A DNA stretch of 64,000 nucleotides from Gemmatimonadota bacterium (GCA_046725585.1 JBKOYV010000160.1:2742-66741), one strand, 5' to 3'; shown: positions 16,401 through 25,267, counted from the stretch's first letter. Notes: generated by a model not told the origin, from the sequence alone. A program made the numbers and translations.

Positions 16401-18752
16401 ATGTTTTCGACGACGTTTTTGCTGCTCCAGATGGCCGCCGCGCAGGGCGCTGCACTACCGGCCCAATCATACGACGGCACGGGCCGTCCCGCTGTTCGCA
16501 TTCCGAGAATCGCCAGTCCCGCCGTCACGGTCGATGGGTCGTTGAGTGAGCCCGCCTGGGCGCAAGCGGCGCGACTGACAGGGTTCCATCAATACCAACC
16601 CGTCGACGGCCGCCCCGCCGAGGAGCGCACCGAGGCGCGCGTCCTTTATTCGCCAGATGCGATTTATTTCGGGGTCATCGCCAGCGCGAAGAACCCGGCG
16701 TCCATCCGTGCCACGGTCGCCGATCGCGACAACCTCGGCAACGAAGACCGGATCACGATCTACCTCGACACGTTCAACGATCATCGCCGAGCGTTCTTCT
16801 TCGTTGTGAACCCGTTAGGCTCGCAGGGGGACGGCATGCGCACGGAGGGCGCGGCGAGCGCAGGCAACATCTTCGGCGGGAACATCGACTGGAACCCTGA
16901 TTTCCGCTTCGAGTCCAAGGGGCAGCTCACCGACAGCGGGTACGTCGTCGAGCTCCGCATTCCGTTCAAGAGCCTGCGCTTTCCGTCGAGCGATCCGCAG
17001 ACGTGGGGCATCAACGTCGTGCGGAACGTGCAGGCGACGGGCTTCGAGGACACGTGGACCGACGCGCGAAGGGCGACGGCGAGCTTCCTGAGCGAGGCGG
17101 GTTCGCTGACGGGCATCGGGAACATCGAGCGCGGCATCACGACCGAGGTGCAGCCGTTCGTGACGGCGCAGTTGACTGGCACGCGGACGCCGACGGGTGG
17201 CTTCGATCACGACGACGTGAACCCCGACGCGGGCGTCAACCTCAAGGTCGCGTTCCCGTCGGTGACACTCGACGCGACGGTGAAGCCCGACTTCTCGCAG
17301 GTGGAGTCGGACGCCGGGCTCGTGACGGTGAACGAGCGGTTCGCGCTCTTTTTCGCGGAGAAGCGGCCGTTCTTCCTCGAGGGGATCGAGCTGTTCAACA
17401 CGCCGAACCAGCTCGTCTACACGCGGCAGATCGCATCGCCAGTCGCGGGGGCGAAGGTGACGGGGAAGCTCGGCCCGATCAGCATCGCCTATCTCTCCGC
17501 GCTCAATGACACGCCGTGTCCGACGGTCATCGGCGACGCTCCCGACTTCGAGCCGACTTGCGACAAGGCGCTGTTCAACGTCGCGCGGCTGCGTCGCGAC
17601 TTCGGCGGAAACTCGACGATCGCGCTCACGATGACCGACCGTCGGGCGGGCGACACGACCAATACGGTGATCGCGAGCGACCTGCGCTATGTGTTCGGCC
17701 GCATGTACTACTTCGAGGCGCAGGCCGGCGGCTCGTACACGAAGGATCCGCTGCGGTTAGGCGCGTCGGACGCGAAGACGTCGCCGGTGTGGAAGACGGA
17801 GCTCGATCGCACCGGACGTCTCTGGGGATTCAACTATCTCTTCAGCGGCCTGGGCGAGGACTTCATCAGCCGTGCCGGGTTCGTGCCACGCACTGGGATC
17901 GTCACGTTCCACGGCTTCAACCGATTCTCGTATTACGGCAAGCCAGGTGCGCGGCTCGAGAACATCACGTTCTTCTTCGGACCGACACGCATCTGGCAGT
18001 ACGACAACTTCTCGTTGCCCGACGCGTACGAGGGCCAGGAATCGGGCAACGCGATGTTCCGGCTGCGCGGCGGGTGGAACGCCTCGCTCAACGGCTCGCG
18101 CAACTTCTTCACCTTCGACGAAGGGTCGTACAACGGGCTATACGTCGGCGGGCCGGGCGGGCTCCAGCCGTACGTCCCGCCGGACGATCAGCTCTCCGGC
18201 CTGATGAACGTGTCGATGACGGTGACGACGCCGACGTTCCGCCGGTTCAACGCTTTGGTGAGCGTTGCGCGCAACGAGGTTGCGATCTTCGCGGAGGGGT
18301 CCGAGGGGCGTGAGCTGAGGACGACGGGAAGCCTAACGATGCGCCCGACGAAGAGTGTGCGCAGCGAGGCGAGCTTACAACTGTCGCAGATCGACCGCGC
18401 CTTCGACGGGTCGGAGTATGCGCGGACGGTGATCCCACGGCTCAAGGTCGAATACCAGCCCACGCGCGCGCTGTTCTTTCGCGTCGTGAGTCAGTACCAG
18501 GCGCAGCGAACGAGCGGGCTCCGAACGCCGACGGGCGAGCAGATCTTTCGCCAGGATGGGTCGCCCGTTTCGGGCGGTGATTTCGGAACGTTGCAGACGG
18601 ACTGGCTAGTGTCGTACGAGCCGACCCCCGGGACCGTGGCGTTCTTCGGGTACGGCGACACGCGGGACGCACTGGACTCATCGAAGCTCTCCGATCTCGA
18701 GCGAAGGCGCGACGGGTTCTTCGTGAAGATCGCGTATCAGTGGAGGCGGTGA
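16401..18752 (+). CDS. DUF5916-type secreted protein with CBM9-like N-terminal domain
   Basis: 783 aa with a signal peptide. ..VDGSLSEPAWAQAARLTGFHQYQPVDGRPAEERTEARVLYSPDAIYFG.. is the characteristic N-terminal module, followed by a long beta-rich C-terminus. Confidence 0.7.
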   Translation: MFSTTFLLLQMAAAQGAALPAQSYDGTGRPAVRIPRIASPAVTVDGSLSEPAWAQAARLTGFHQYQPVDGRPAEERTEARVLYSPDAIYFGVIASAKNPASIRATVADRDNLGNEDRITIYLDTFNDHRRAFFFVVNPLGSQGDGMRTEGAASAGNIFGGNIDWNPDFRFESKGQLTDSGYVVELRIPFKSLRFPSSDPQTWGINVVRNVQATGFEDTWTDARRATASFLSEAGSLTGIGNIERGITTEVQPFVTAQLTGTRTPTGGFDHDDVNPDAGVNLKVAFPSVTLDATVKPDFSQVESDAGLVTVNERFALFFAEKRPFFLEGIELFNTPNQLVYTRQIASPVAGAKVTGKLGPISIAYLSALNDTPCPTVIGDAPDFEPTCDKALFNVARLRRDFGGNSTIALTMTDRRAGDTTNTVIASDLRYVFGRMYYFEAQAGGSYTKDPLRLGASDAKTSPVWKTELDRTGRLWGFNYLFSGLGEDFISRAGFVPRTGIVTFHGFNRFSYYGKPGARLENITFFFGPTRIWQYDNFSLPDAYEGQESGNAMFRLRGGWNASLNGSRNFFTFDEGSYNGLYVGGPGGLQPYVPPDDQLSGLMNVSMTVTTPTFRRFNALVSVARNEVAIFAEGSEGRELRTTGSLTMRPTKSVRSEASLQLSQIDRAFDGSEYARTVIPRLKVEYQPTRALFFRVVSQYQAQRTSGLRTPTGEQIFRQDGSPVSGGDFGTLQTDWLVSYEPTPGTVAFFGYGDTRDALDSSKLSDLERRRDGFFVKIAYQWRR

Positions 18753-19024
18753 GCCGCGGCCGCCACGCATGCCGCGGGCGGCTGCTGTACGGCCGCCGGA
18801 GACGCGGGCGCCGACGCGCGGCCTAACGCTGCTCCGCCCAGCGCTCCGAGCCCCACGTAGGCCAGGTCGATCACGAAGGCCAGACGGAAGGAGAACTGCG
18901 TCAGCTCTCCTCCCAGTTGGCGGCGCCCCGTGAGCCGGACGCCGCCAGCGGCACGCGGCGTGTGAACGATCGGGGCGACAAGGCGGCGAGCACGAACGGC
19001 GAGCTCAATGAAGCGGCCAGGCAT
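18737..19024 (-). CDS. hypothetical small protein (weak call)
   Basis: 95 aa from ATG 19024, with moderate GC3 and no recognisable motif. It lies directly downstream of 17-mer box A. Confidence 0.25.
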   Translation of the reverse strand: MPGRFIELAVRARRLVAPIVHTPRAAGGVRLTGRRQLGGELTQFSFRLAFVIDLAYVGLGALGGAALGRASAPASPAAVQQPPAACVAAAAHRLH

Positions 19025-19063
19025 GGTGACCTCGAGTGCAGCGGTGACTCTGGAATGCTTTCC

Positions 19064-19093
19064 CCTCTGTCTCGAATGACACCGGAGTGTTAC
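19064..19093 (-). promoter_or_regulatory. conserved box A: GTAACACTCCGGTGTCA-N6-ACAGAGG (minus-strand reading)
   Basis: The perfect 17-mer TGACACCGGAGTGTTAC (19077..19093) is repeated at 20828..20844. It contains the imperfect palindrome TAACAC-TCCG-GTGTCA and has a nearby shared CCTCTGT. Confidence 0.55.
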
Positions 19094-19121
19094 CGCCAAC
19101 GCCGGCTGGCTGCCTAACGCC

Positions 19122-19865
19122 TCAATGCACCCGCTGTTCTCCGTGCGTACACCAGCGCAGCAGCACCGTACCTAACACGAGTGACGGGTCGCGCGGGATC
19201 ACGATCGGCGGGTAGTCCGGGTTGAGCGATGCGAGCTCCACGCGCGAGCCCGCGACACCGCCCACGCGCTTCACCACGTAGCCACCGTCGGGCACGCGGG
19301 CCACCACCACCGAATCTGGCACGATCTCGTCGCTCAGCTTCACGAGGATCGTGTCGCCGTCGTGCAGCAGCGGGATCATGCTGTCGCCCGTCACGCGTAG
19401 CGCGACGTACTTCCCATCCGGCGCGCTCTCCGGGAGCGGGATCCACCGGTCGCAGGGCTCATCCCAGAGCTCGCGCCCCACGCCGGCCGCGACCGACAGC
19501 GCCATGGCCGGCGCGTGCCGAACGCGAGCAGCCGCGGCCACCACCTGGGCGAGCGTCCCCTCCTCCCAGGCGGGGGCCATCTCCGGCTCAGCCGCCACCT
19601 CTCGCACCCGCGAGCGCTCCGCTGCGCGCCGGGCGACCACGTCGCGCACGAAACGATCGGCGGTGGCCTCGAGCCGCTGCCGCTCCGCGAGCGACAGCGT
19701 CGCTCTCGCCTCGCGCGCGTACCACTCGATGAACCCCGTCTCGGTCGGATCGAGTGGATCGAGCCGCCGCATCGCGCGGTCGCCGGCGATGCGCACGAGC
19801 AGATCCTTCGTTCGCTCCAGTCCCGCGCGCTCTCCGGCGCTCAGGGATTCGTCGTCGTATCTCAC
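19122..19865 (-). CDS. S24 (LexA/UmuD-type) self-cleaving peptidase without a recognisable N-terminal HTH
   Basis: The C-terminus has a VAAG cleavage-site-like motif (..ALSVAAGVGRE..), the Ser motif ..RVTGDSMIPLL.. and the Lys motif ..YVVKRV... The 120-aa N-terminus is helical with no wHTH pattern. The start overlaps the sigma stop (ATGA). Confidence 0.8.
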   Translation of the reverse strand: MRYDDESLSAGERAGLERTKDLLVRIAGDRAMRRLDPLDPTETGFIEWYAREARATLSLAERQRLEATADRFVRDVVARRAAERSRVREVAAEPEMAPAWEEGTLAQVVAAAARVRHAPAMALSVAAGVGRELWDEPCDRWIPLPESAPDGKYVALRVTGDSMIPLLHDGDTILVKLSDEIVPDSVVVARVPDGGYVVKRVGGVAGSRVELASLNPDYPPIVIPRDPSLVLGTVLLRWCTHGEQRVH

Positions 19866-20674
19866 TGGTCCTCCCCTTCATTTCGTTCGTTTCGTTCATT
19901 CCGTGACGCGCGGCCCGCACCGCGCCGGTTCCGTTCCGGTTCCAGGGCGTCCCGCGAGCCCTCGACGGCTCTGCGTGCGCGCTCCGACAGACCGCTCCGG
20001 CGAAAGAACTCGTACAGCTCCTGGCGCTCGCCGGGACGCCACGGGCCCGAGTCGCGGAGCGCGACCTCGATGAGTCGCTCGCGAAGGCGCAGTACGCGCA
20101 CCCGCGCCGCGTTATGCGTGATACCCAGCCACTCGCCGATGAGGCGCTGCGGGATGGACGCGCTCACCCAGCGGAGGATCTGACGTTCCTCGTCGGTGAT
20201 GCCTGCTTCGATCACGCGCGAGAGTCGCTCGAGCACCGGTGAGAGCGGCGGCGCCTCGGCTGCCGGCCCGGCACTCGCGCGGATCGAGGCCTCGGAGACC
20301 ACCTCGCGCACGACGCGCTCGCCGTCGCCGAGCGACGCCGCGGCGGTTCCGGTGGCGGCGCGGCGCTTCGTCGCGCGGCGGTCGTTCGCGAGCCGATGCC
20401 GGAACATCGCGATGAGGTAGCCCGTGAGGTTCGCCGGAAAGGCGACCGCTGGTTGCATGAGATGAATGGCGGCATCGCTCAGGCAGTCCGTGACGACGTC
20501 GTCACGGAGCGCGATCTGCACGTGGGCCTGCCGAGCGAGCTTGTAGAGCGCAGGACTGAAACGCCGGTAGAACTCGCGAATGGCGAGCGCCTCGTCGTGT
20601 CGCATCCGGTGCAGCAACTCCTGATCGCTCCACGACTCGGCGCTCGCCTCATCCGCTCGTCTCTCGATTCGCAT
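19862..20674 (-). CDS. ECF-like sigma-70-family RNA polymerase sigma factor
   Basis: Region 2-like ..ALAIREFYRRFSPALYKLARQ..DCLSDAAIHL.. and region 4 HTH ..ITDEERQILRWVSASIPQRLIGEWLGITHNAARVRVLRLRERL... The C-terminal tail carries (NER)n from a 9-nt repeat. Confidence 0.75.
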   Translation of the reverse strand: MRIERRADEASAESWSDQELLHRMRHDEALAIREFYRRFSPALYKLARQAHVQIALRDDVVTDCLSDAAIHLMQPAVAFPANLTGYLIAMFRHRLANDRRATKRRAATGTAAASLGDGERVVREVVSEASIRASAGPAAEAPPLSPVLERLSRVIEAGITDEERQILRWVSASIPQRLIGEWLGITHNAARVRVLRLRERLIEVALRDSGPWRPGERQELYEFFRRSGLSERARRAVEGSRDALEPERNRRGAGRASRNERNERNEGEDQ

Positions 20675-20707
20675 CGCTCCCGCACCGGCCCTGTAGTCCG
20701 ACCTTCA

Positions 20708-20801
20708 GTCATCCTGAGGCGTCCGGCCGAAGGATTCTCATTGTCCCGGCAGAGAGCCCTCGCTCGGGACGACGAACATCCTTCGCTTTGCTCAGGATGA
20801 C
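20708..20801. repeat. GTCATCC..GGATGAC hairpin repeat, copy b
   Basis: GTCATCCTGAGGCGTCCGGCCGAAGGATTCTCAT...CATCCTTCGCTTTGCTCAGGATGAC. Confidence 0.8.
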
Positions 20802-20816
20802 ATGCCTTCGTGTCCT

Positions 20817-20844
20817 CCTCTGTTAACTGACACCGGAGTGTTAC
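20817..20844 (-). promoter_or_regulatory. conserved box B: GTAACACTCCGGTGTCA-N4-ACAGAGG (minus-strand reading)
   Basis: Second perfect copy of the 17-mer (20828..20844), located upstream of the sigma gene. It overlaps the TAA stop of the 20841..21530 gene. Confidence 0.55.
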
Positions 20845-21530
20845 AGCCTGAGACGCAGGGCATGACGCGACGCGGTCCACGAGCGGAGCATGCGTTCAAC
20901 CCGGTGAACAGTCGCCTCGCTCACCGTTGGCCGCATGAGCGTTTCACGCAGTCGGCGCGCAGGACACGGGGTCAGGCCGGCGCGCTGCGCCACCGCGAGC
21001 AGGTCGAGCGCATCCATCAAGCGGTCGGCGTTGCGCTGGAGGGCGATACTCCCTGGCGGGGGAGACGTTAGGCGACGAGGTGACGCCTCCGCCACGCGCA
21101 GGGGGCGCTCGCGATTCGCTTTGAGCATCTCCTCGCGACTCGGCCGCTGCATCGACGCCGTGAGGCCGAGGTTCGCGAGCGCTCGGCCGATGGCCGAGGT
21201 CTCGGTGTTCTCGAGGCAGGCGACGGTGTTGACGTCGCCGTCGCCGATGCGCTCGGATGCGAGGCCCGTTGCCGACGGGCGCTGCTCGTCGACGGACCGA
21301 AACACGAACGCCTGCACCGTGATGTCGTGCTCGGTCCGCGAGATGAGCCGGGTGATGATGCGACCGGTCGGGAAGCGTGCGTAGAACAGGATGATCCGAT
21401 CCGCGACCGGCGCGTACTCCCCGACATCGAACAGCAGCTCGTGTTTCGGCACTGGTCCTCCCGTCGCTGGCGCCGGCGCGACCGGCGACGGCGGGAGGCA
21501 TACAATAAGCCGAACAAACACCGAAAACAA
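20841..21530 (-). CDS. hypothetical protein with a phage-protein-like core
   Basis: 229 aa. The core ..YAPVADRIILFYARFPTGRIITRLI..VQAFVF..ATGLASE..NTVACLENTETSAIGRALANLG.. resembles a module I associate with phage/prophage (possibly ssDNA-annealing) proteins. Family not verified and start uncertain. Confidence 0.5.
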   Translation of the reverse strand: MFSVFVRLIVCLPPSPVAPAPATGGPVPKHELLFDVGEYAPVADRIILFYARFPTGRIITRLISRTEHDITVQAFVFRSVDEQRPSATGLASERIGDGDVNTVACLENTETSAIGRALANLGLTASMQRPSREEMLKANRERPLRVAEASPRRLTSPPPGSIALQRNADRLMDALDLLAVAQRAGLTPCPARRLRETLMRPTVSEATVHRVERMLRSWTASRHALRLRL

Positions 21531-21560
21531 GACCCGCGCACGGGTCAGTCGCGGGAGTGC

Positions 21561-22478
21561 TTAATGGTTGGCAGTCAACGCGTTACATGCCCGGAACACG
21601 AGATCGCTGACATGCACCTCGGGATCAGCCCGGAACCGCATCGGCAACGAGCCCTGCCCAATCCCCCGGCTCACGAGCAGGATCCGCTCTCCCGGCTTCC
21701 CAAGCTCGAACAGCCCGCCGTACAGGTAGCGCTGACTGAGCGGCCCCTTGGCGCCGATGAGCGACTTCCCGCCCGGAAGTACGAACTGCCCGCCGTGCAC
21801 GTGCCCAGTAAACGCCACTGCGAATGGCTCGCCGCCTAACGCGGTCAACCCGTCGGGCGAATGCATGAGGATCAACCGTAATCCTTCCGCGCCCGCGAGC
21901 GCGCGCTGGCCGTGCGGCGTCCCCTGTTCGGTGTTGTCGAGCCCACAGACACAGAGCTGGTCGTACGGCGTAGCGAGACGAACGTTCTCGTTCACCAGCG
22001 TCCGCACCCCGATCGTGGCGAGCCGCTTCACCAGGTAGGCGTCATCGACGATGAGATCGTGGTTGCCGAGCACGGCCAGCTTGCCGAGCGGCGCGTCGAC
22101 GCTCGCGATCGCGTCGAGCACGGCACCGTCCACGTGGCGCGCGTGGAACGAGACGAAGTCGCCGCCTAACAGCAGCAGCTGCGGCTTCGCCTCGGCCAAC
22201 AACCGGAAGGCGCGCCGGATCGTGGCCGGATGCGTCCCGGGGCCGCCGTGGAGGTCCGACGCAAAGGCAATGCGGAGCGGCGGAATGGGTGCGCCATCGT
22301 TCGCGATCGTGAACTGATGCGTCGCCAGGTGAAGCCGTCCTTGGAGCCCGAGCGGCCTCGCGAGCCACGACGGCCAGCCGCCGGTGTACACGAGGTCGTA
22401 CAGTCGCTCCATCCGCCGCTTGCGCGCCGAGAGGCGCAGCGCGCGGCCGAATCGTCTCGGGCCCGGCTCGTCGGTCAC
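21561..22478 (-). CDS. metallophosphoesterase (calcineurin-like)
   Basis: ..LRIAFASDLHGG.., ..LLLLGGDFV.., ..VLGNHD.., ..FTGHVHGGQ.. motifs. Confidence 0.85.
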   Translation of the reverse strand: MTDEPGPRRFGRALRLSARKRRMERLYDLVYTGGWPSWLARPLGLQGRLHLATHQFTIANDGAPIPPLRIAFASDLHGGPGTHPATIRRAFRLLAEAKPQLLLLGGDFVSFHARHVDGAVLDAIASVDAPLGKLAVLGNHDLIVDDAYLVKRLATIGVRTLVNENVRLATPYDQLCVCGLDNTEQGTPHGQRALAGAEGLRLILMHSPDGLTALGGEPFAVAFTGHVHGGQFVLPGGKSLIGAKGPLSQRYLYGGLFELGKPGERILLVSRGIGQGSLPMRFRADPEVHVSDLVFRACNALTANH

Positions 22479-23233
22479 GCGATGAGCGGGCCGTCGTCGG
22501 TCGGCAGGAACGTCCGCCGAATAAACTCGCGCGCGGGCACCCGTCGGTCATCCAGGGCGCGAAAGACCGGGTCCGGGTCGTACGGCGCGCTCCGGAACGA
22601 CACCGCCCAGTTCCCGCCCGGTTCGACATCGACGATCAGGAATCGGGCGACAGGATCGCGCGAGCAGCCGAGCGAACCAGGGTTCATGAAGTGCGTGCGT
22701 CCGCCAGTCACGTTCCACGGGCGATGGTCGTGGCCGAAAAACACGAGGGTGGACGTCGGCAACTGAAACAGCGATGACACCGAGTCCGGCGACAGGAGCT
22801 GTGGGGATTGGAACCCACCCGCGTCACTGAGCGGGTAGTGCAGGAAATCCAGACGGAGCCCCTCGATGCGGAGGGTCGATGCATACGGCCACGCAGCCAC
22901 GACCTCCTTCAACCCCGGGTCGAGCTGCCCGTGGACCCAGCGCTGATGCTCGCGCTCGTCCGGCGGCATCGACGACACCGACTCGTCAGGCAGGCCGAAC
23001 GCGAACCACGCATCATGATTTCCCATGAGGAGATGCGTCGACCGTCGTGACAGCAGCCGGTCGAGACACTCCGCGGGAAACGGGCCGATGCCGATCGCGT
23101 CGCCGGTGTGGTACGTCGCGTCAACCCCGAGCCGGTCGATCTGGGCGAGCGCGGCGTCCAGCGCAGGCAGGTTCGCGTGCACGTCGGTGAAGACGGCGAT
23201 GCGCGCGGTCGTGGCGCCCGGGCGGGGAGGCAT
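22475..23233 (-). CDS. metallophosphoesterase-family protein (YfcE/MJ0936-like)
   Basis: ..IAVFTDVHAN.., ..HTGDAIG.., ..LMGNHD.., ..FFGHDH... 4-nt overlap with the downstream gene. Confidence 0.8.
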   Translation of the reverse strand: MPPRPGATTARIAVFTDVHANLPALDAALAQIDRLGVDATYHTGDAIGIGPFPAECLDRLLSRRSTHLLMGNHDAWFAFGLPDESVSSMPPDEREHQRWVHGQLDPGLKEVVAAWPYASTLRIEGLRLDFLHYPLSDAGGFQSPQLLSPDSVSSLFQLPTSTLVFFGHDHRPWNVTGGRTHFMNPGSLGCSRDPVARFLIVDVEPGGNWAVSFRSAPYDPDPVFRALDDRRVPAREFIRRTFLPTDDGPLIA

Positions 23234-23278
23234 GGGGAGAGTCTACCTGCCTCGCCGCCGCTGGCGCGACGACACGCG

Positions 23279-24772
23279 TCACGTCTCGCGCAGGGAGGGC
23301 TTTCTGGGCGCCGCGCCCGGCTTCGGCGCCGCCGGCGTGCTCTGTTGGGGGATCACGCGCTTCGCCGAATCGGCCTTCGCGGAATCCGCTCGCGCCTTCG
23401 CGACCGAGTCGGCACGCGCCTTCACGCGCGCGGAATCGGCAGCGGTGCGCGGCGGCTCCTCGAACTCCTCCTTCGGGATCCGGAACGCCTTCGCGACCGC
23501 CGGGTCGCCCTCGATGCCCATCACGCGCTTCGCCGTGTAGTCGCCCACCATCGGGCCGAACTTGAATCCCTCGGCCGACCCGCCACCGGCGATCCAGACG
23601 TTCGACCACTCGGGGTGGGTGTCGATGTAGAAGTTGCGCGTGACGGAGAGCTCGTAGTGGCAGGAGCGTGTCTCGAGCAGCGGCGCGTCGATCAGCAATG
23701 GGAACCGGTCGATGAGGAACTGGCGCGGGCGCGAGAAGTTGCTCGGGTCGATCCAGCGCTGGCTCGTGTCGGGGTCCGTCTGCGTGCCGCCGCCCACGCG
23801 CACGCGGAAGCCGCGGGCATCGTTAGGCAGCGCCGGCCACCCGGTGATGCCGGGAAAGTTGAAGCTCGGCAGGTTCGGCGCGATCCACCGGTTATCACCG
23901 ACGGGAGTGCCGTAGTAGTAGACGTTCCCCATCGGCGTGCGGAGCCGAGTGCGGAGGAACTCGGGGAAGAGCTTCCAGAGCCACGGCCCGCAGGCGAAGA
24001 CGAACTTCTCCGCCCGGAGCGTCTCTCCGCTCGAGAGCGCGATGTCCTGCAGTCGATTGCCATTGGCGAGCGACGGCAGCGCCCGCGCGACGACCATCTT
24101 TCCGCCGTTATGCTGGAACGACTCGGCCACCCGCTCGCACGAGCGGCGTGCGCGCACGACGCCCGCCTGCGGCTCGTACATGATGACGCCGATCTCCTTG
24201 AGGTCGATCACCGGGTACTGCGAGCGGACATCGTTAGGTGTCAGGACCTCGTACTTCACGCCGACGGTGTCCCAGTTCTTCCGCGTGTCCTTCATGTAGG
24301 GCTCCCAGTCCTTGCGGAAGATCAGGTCACCCGTGGTGAAGAAGACGCGCTCCTGGGTCGTGCGGCTGAACTCCTCGTCCCACTCCTTCCAGCGCTGGAT
24401 GGCCTGCGACGCCCAGCGCGCCCAGAGCACGCCGTGCGGACGGTCGCCGTAGGACGTGCGGACGCCGCGCGTCTCCTCCCCTGACGTGGACCGCGAATTT
24501 CCAGGGCCCCACGTGTCCACGAGCGTGACGCGCGCGCCCATCTTCCGCAGGTGATAGGCAGTCCATCCGCCGAACGCGCCGGCGCCGATGACCGCGATGT
24601 CGGGAGACTTCTGCCCTATGACCGCCGGCGCGCGACGCGGCGTGGGTTGCTGCTGCTGGGCGATCGCCTTTGCCCCTGAAGCGGCGGCAACGAGCAATCC
24701 CGTCTGGACGCCGGCAACCTTGAGAAAACGCCGCCGGTCGAGGGTGGTGTTATGGTCGTCGTCCTTCTTCAC
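23279..24772 (-). CDS. Tat-exported FAD-dependent oxidoreductase (DAO/sarcosine-oxidase-like)
   Basis: Twin-arginine signal ..DRRRFLKVAGV..AKA and dinucleotide fold ..IAVIGAGAFGGWTAYHLRKMGARVTLVD... Low-complexity C-terminus (ADSAK/ARADS repeats). Confidence 0.8.
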   Translation of the reverse strand: MKKDDDHNTTLDRRRFLKVAGVQTGLLVAAASGAKAIAQQQQPTPRRAPAVIGQKSPDIAVIGAGAFGGWTAYHLRKMGARVTLVDTWGPGNSRSTSGEETRGVRTSYGDRPHGVLWARWASQAIQRWKEWDEEFSRTTQERVFFTTGDLIFRKDWEPYMKDTRKNWDTVGVKYEVLTPNDVRSQYPVIDLKEIGVIMYEPQAGVVRARRSCERVAESFQHNGGKMVVARALPSLANGNRLQDIALSSGETLRAEKFVFACGPWLWKLFPEFLRTRLRTPMGNVYYYGTPVGDNRWIAPNLPSFNFPGITGWPALPNDARGFRVRVGGGTQTDPDTSQRWIDPSNFSRPRQFLIDRFPLLIDAPLLETRSCHYELSVTRNFYIDTHPEWSNVWIAGGGSAEGFKFGPMVGDYTAKRVMGIEGDPAVAKAFRIPKEEFEEPPRTAADSARVKARADSVAKARADSAKADSAKRVIPQQSTPAAPKPGAAPRKPSLRET

Positions 24773-24796
24773 GCGGAGAGAGGCGAGAGTTGGCGA

Positions 24797-25267
24797 CTAT
24801 CGCGTCGCCGTGGCTGGAATGTGAGCGTGCGGGTGGTACATCGGCCGAAGGGCCGTCTGCTTGTTCGGCTTCGCGTCGATTCTGAGACGCCGCATGGCCT
24901 CCGGATCGTTCGACAGGGAGTCGGTGCCCGCCGGGATGCCGTTGGTCTTCAGGATGTACGCAACGATGTCCTTGTACTGTTGAGCCGACAGCCCGCCGGG
25001 GTTGTCGTCAGGCATCGTGGTCTTGATCTGGTCGAAGAGGTCGAACACAGTGCGGCCGACCCAGTTCTTCGTGAACGCGTCGCCGGCGTACTTCTCGGTG
25101 CCGTGACAGGAGCTGCAGTTGGTCTGGTGCTCCGTGTCTCCGCGCGTGGCCTGCTCCTCGGTGTAGACGCCCTGCCACACGGATTTGCCGGCGGTAGAGT
25201 CGGTGCTCTGGGCGCGGGCGGTGCCAGCAAGGAGGAACGGAAGGGTGAACAGGAAAAGACGACGCAT
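24797..25267 (-). CDS. c-type cytochrome (monohaem), secreted
   Basis: ORF 24797..25297 trimmed to MRRLFLFTLPFLLAGTARA (signal peptide). Haem-binding CSSCH motif. 24 nt upstream of the flavoprotein gene on the same strand. Confidence 0.8.
   Translation of the reverse strand: MRRLFLFTLPFLLAGTARAQSTDSTAGKSVWQGVYTEEQATRGDTEHQTNCSSCHGTEKYAGDAFTKNWVGRTVFDLFDQIKTTMPDDNPGGLSAQQYKDIVAYILKTNGIPAGTDSLSNDPEAMRRLRIDAKPNKQTALRPMYHPHAHIPATATR

Noticed and set aside
19122-21530. Complete prophage or integrative element around the S24/sigma/phage-like genes
   Set aside because: No integrase, terminase, capsid or tail genes are visible, and there is no tRNA. The two 17-mers look like regulatory boxes rather than att sites, being imperfectly placed and only 1.7 kb apart.
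23108-24484. 458-aa plus-strand ORF
   Set aside because: It is antisense to the FAD oxidoreductase gene, which has clear Tat-signal and dinucleotide-binding motifs. The plus-strand product is Arg/Ala/Pro-rich with no motifs, a typical high-GC shadow ORF. The same reasoning applies to 31780..32964, 34360..35451, 44732..45976 and 58830..59939.
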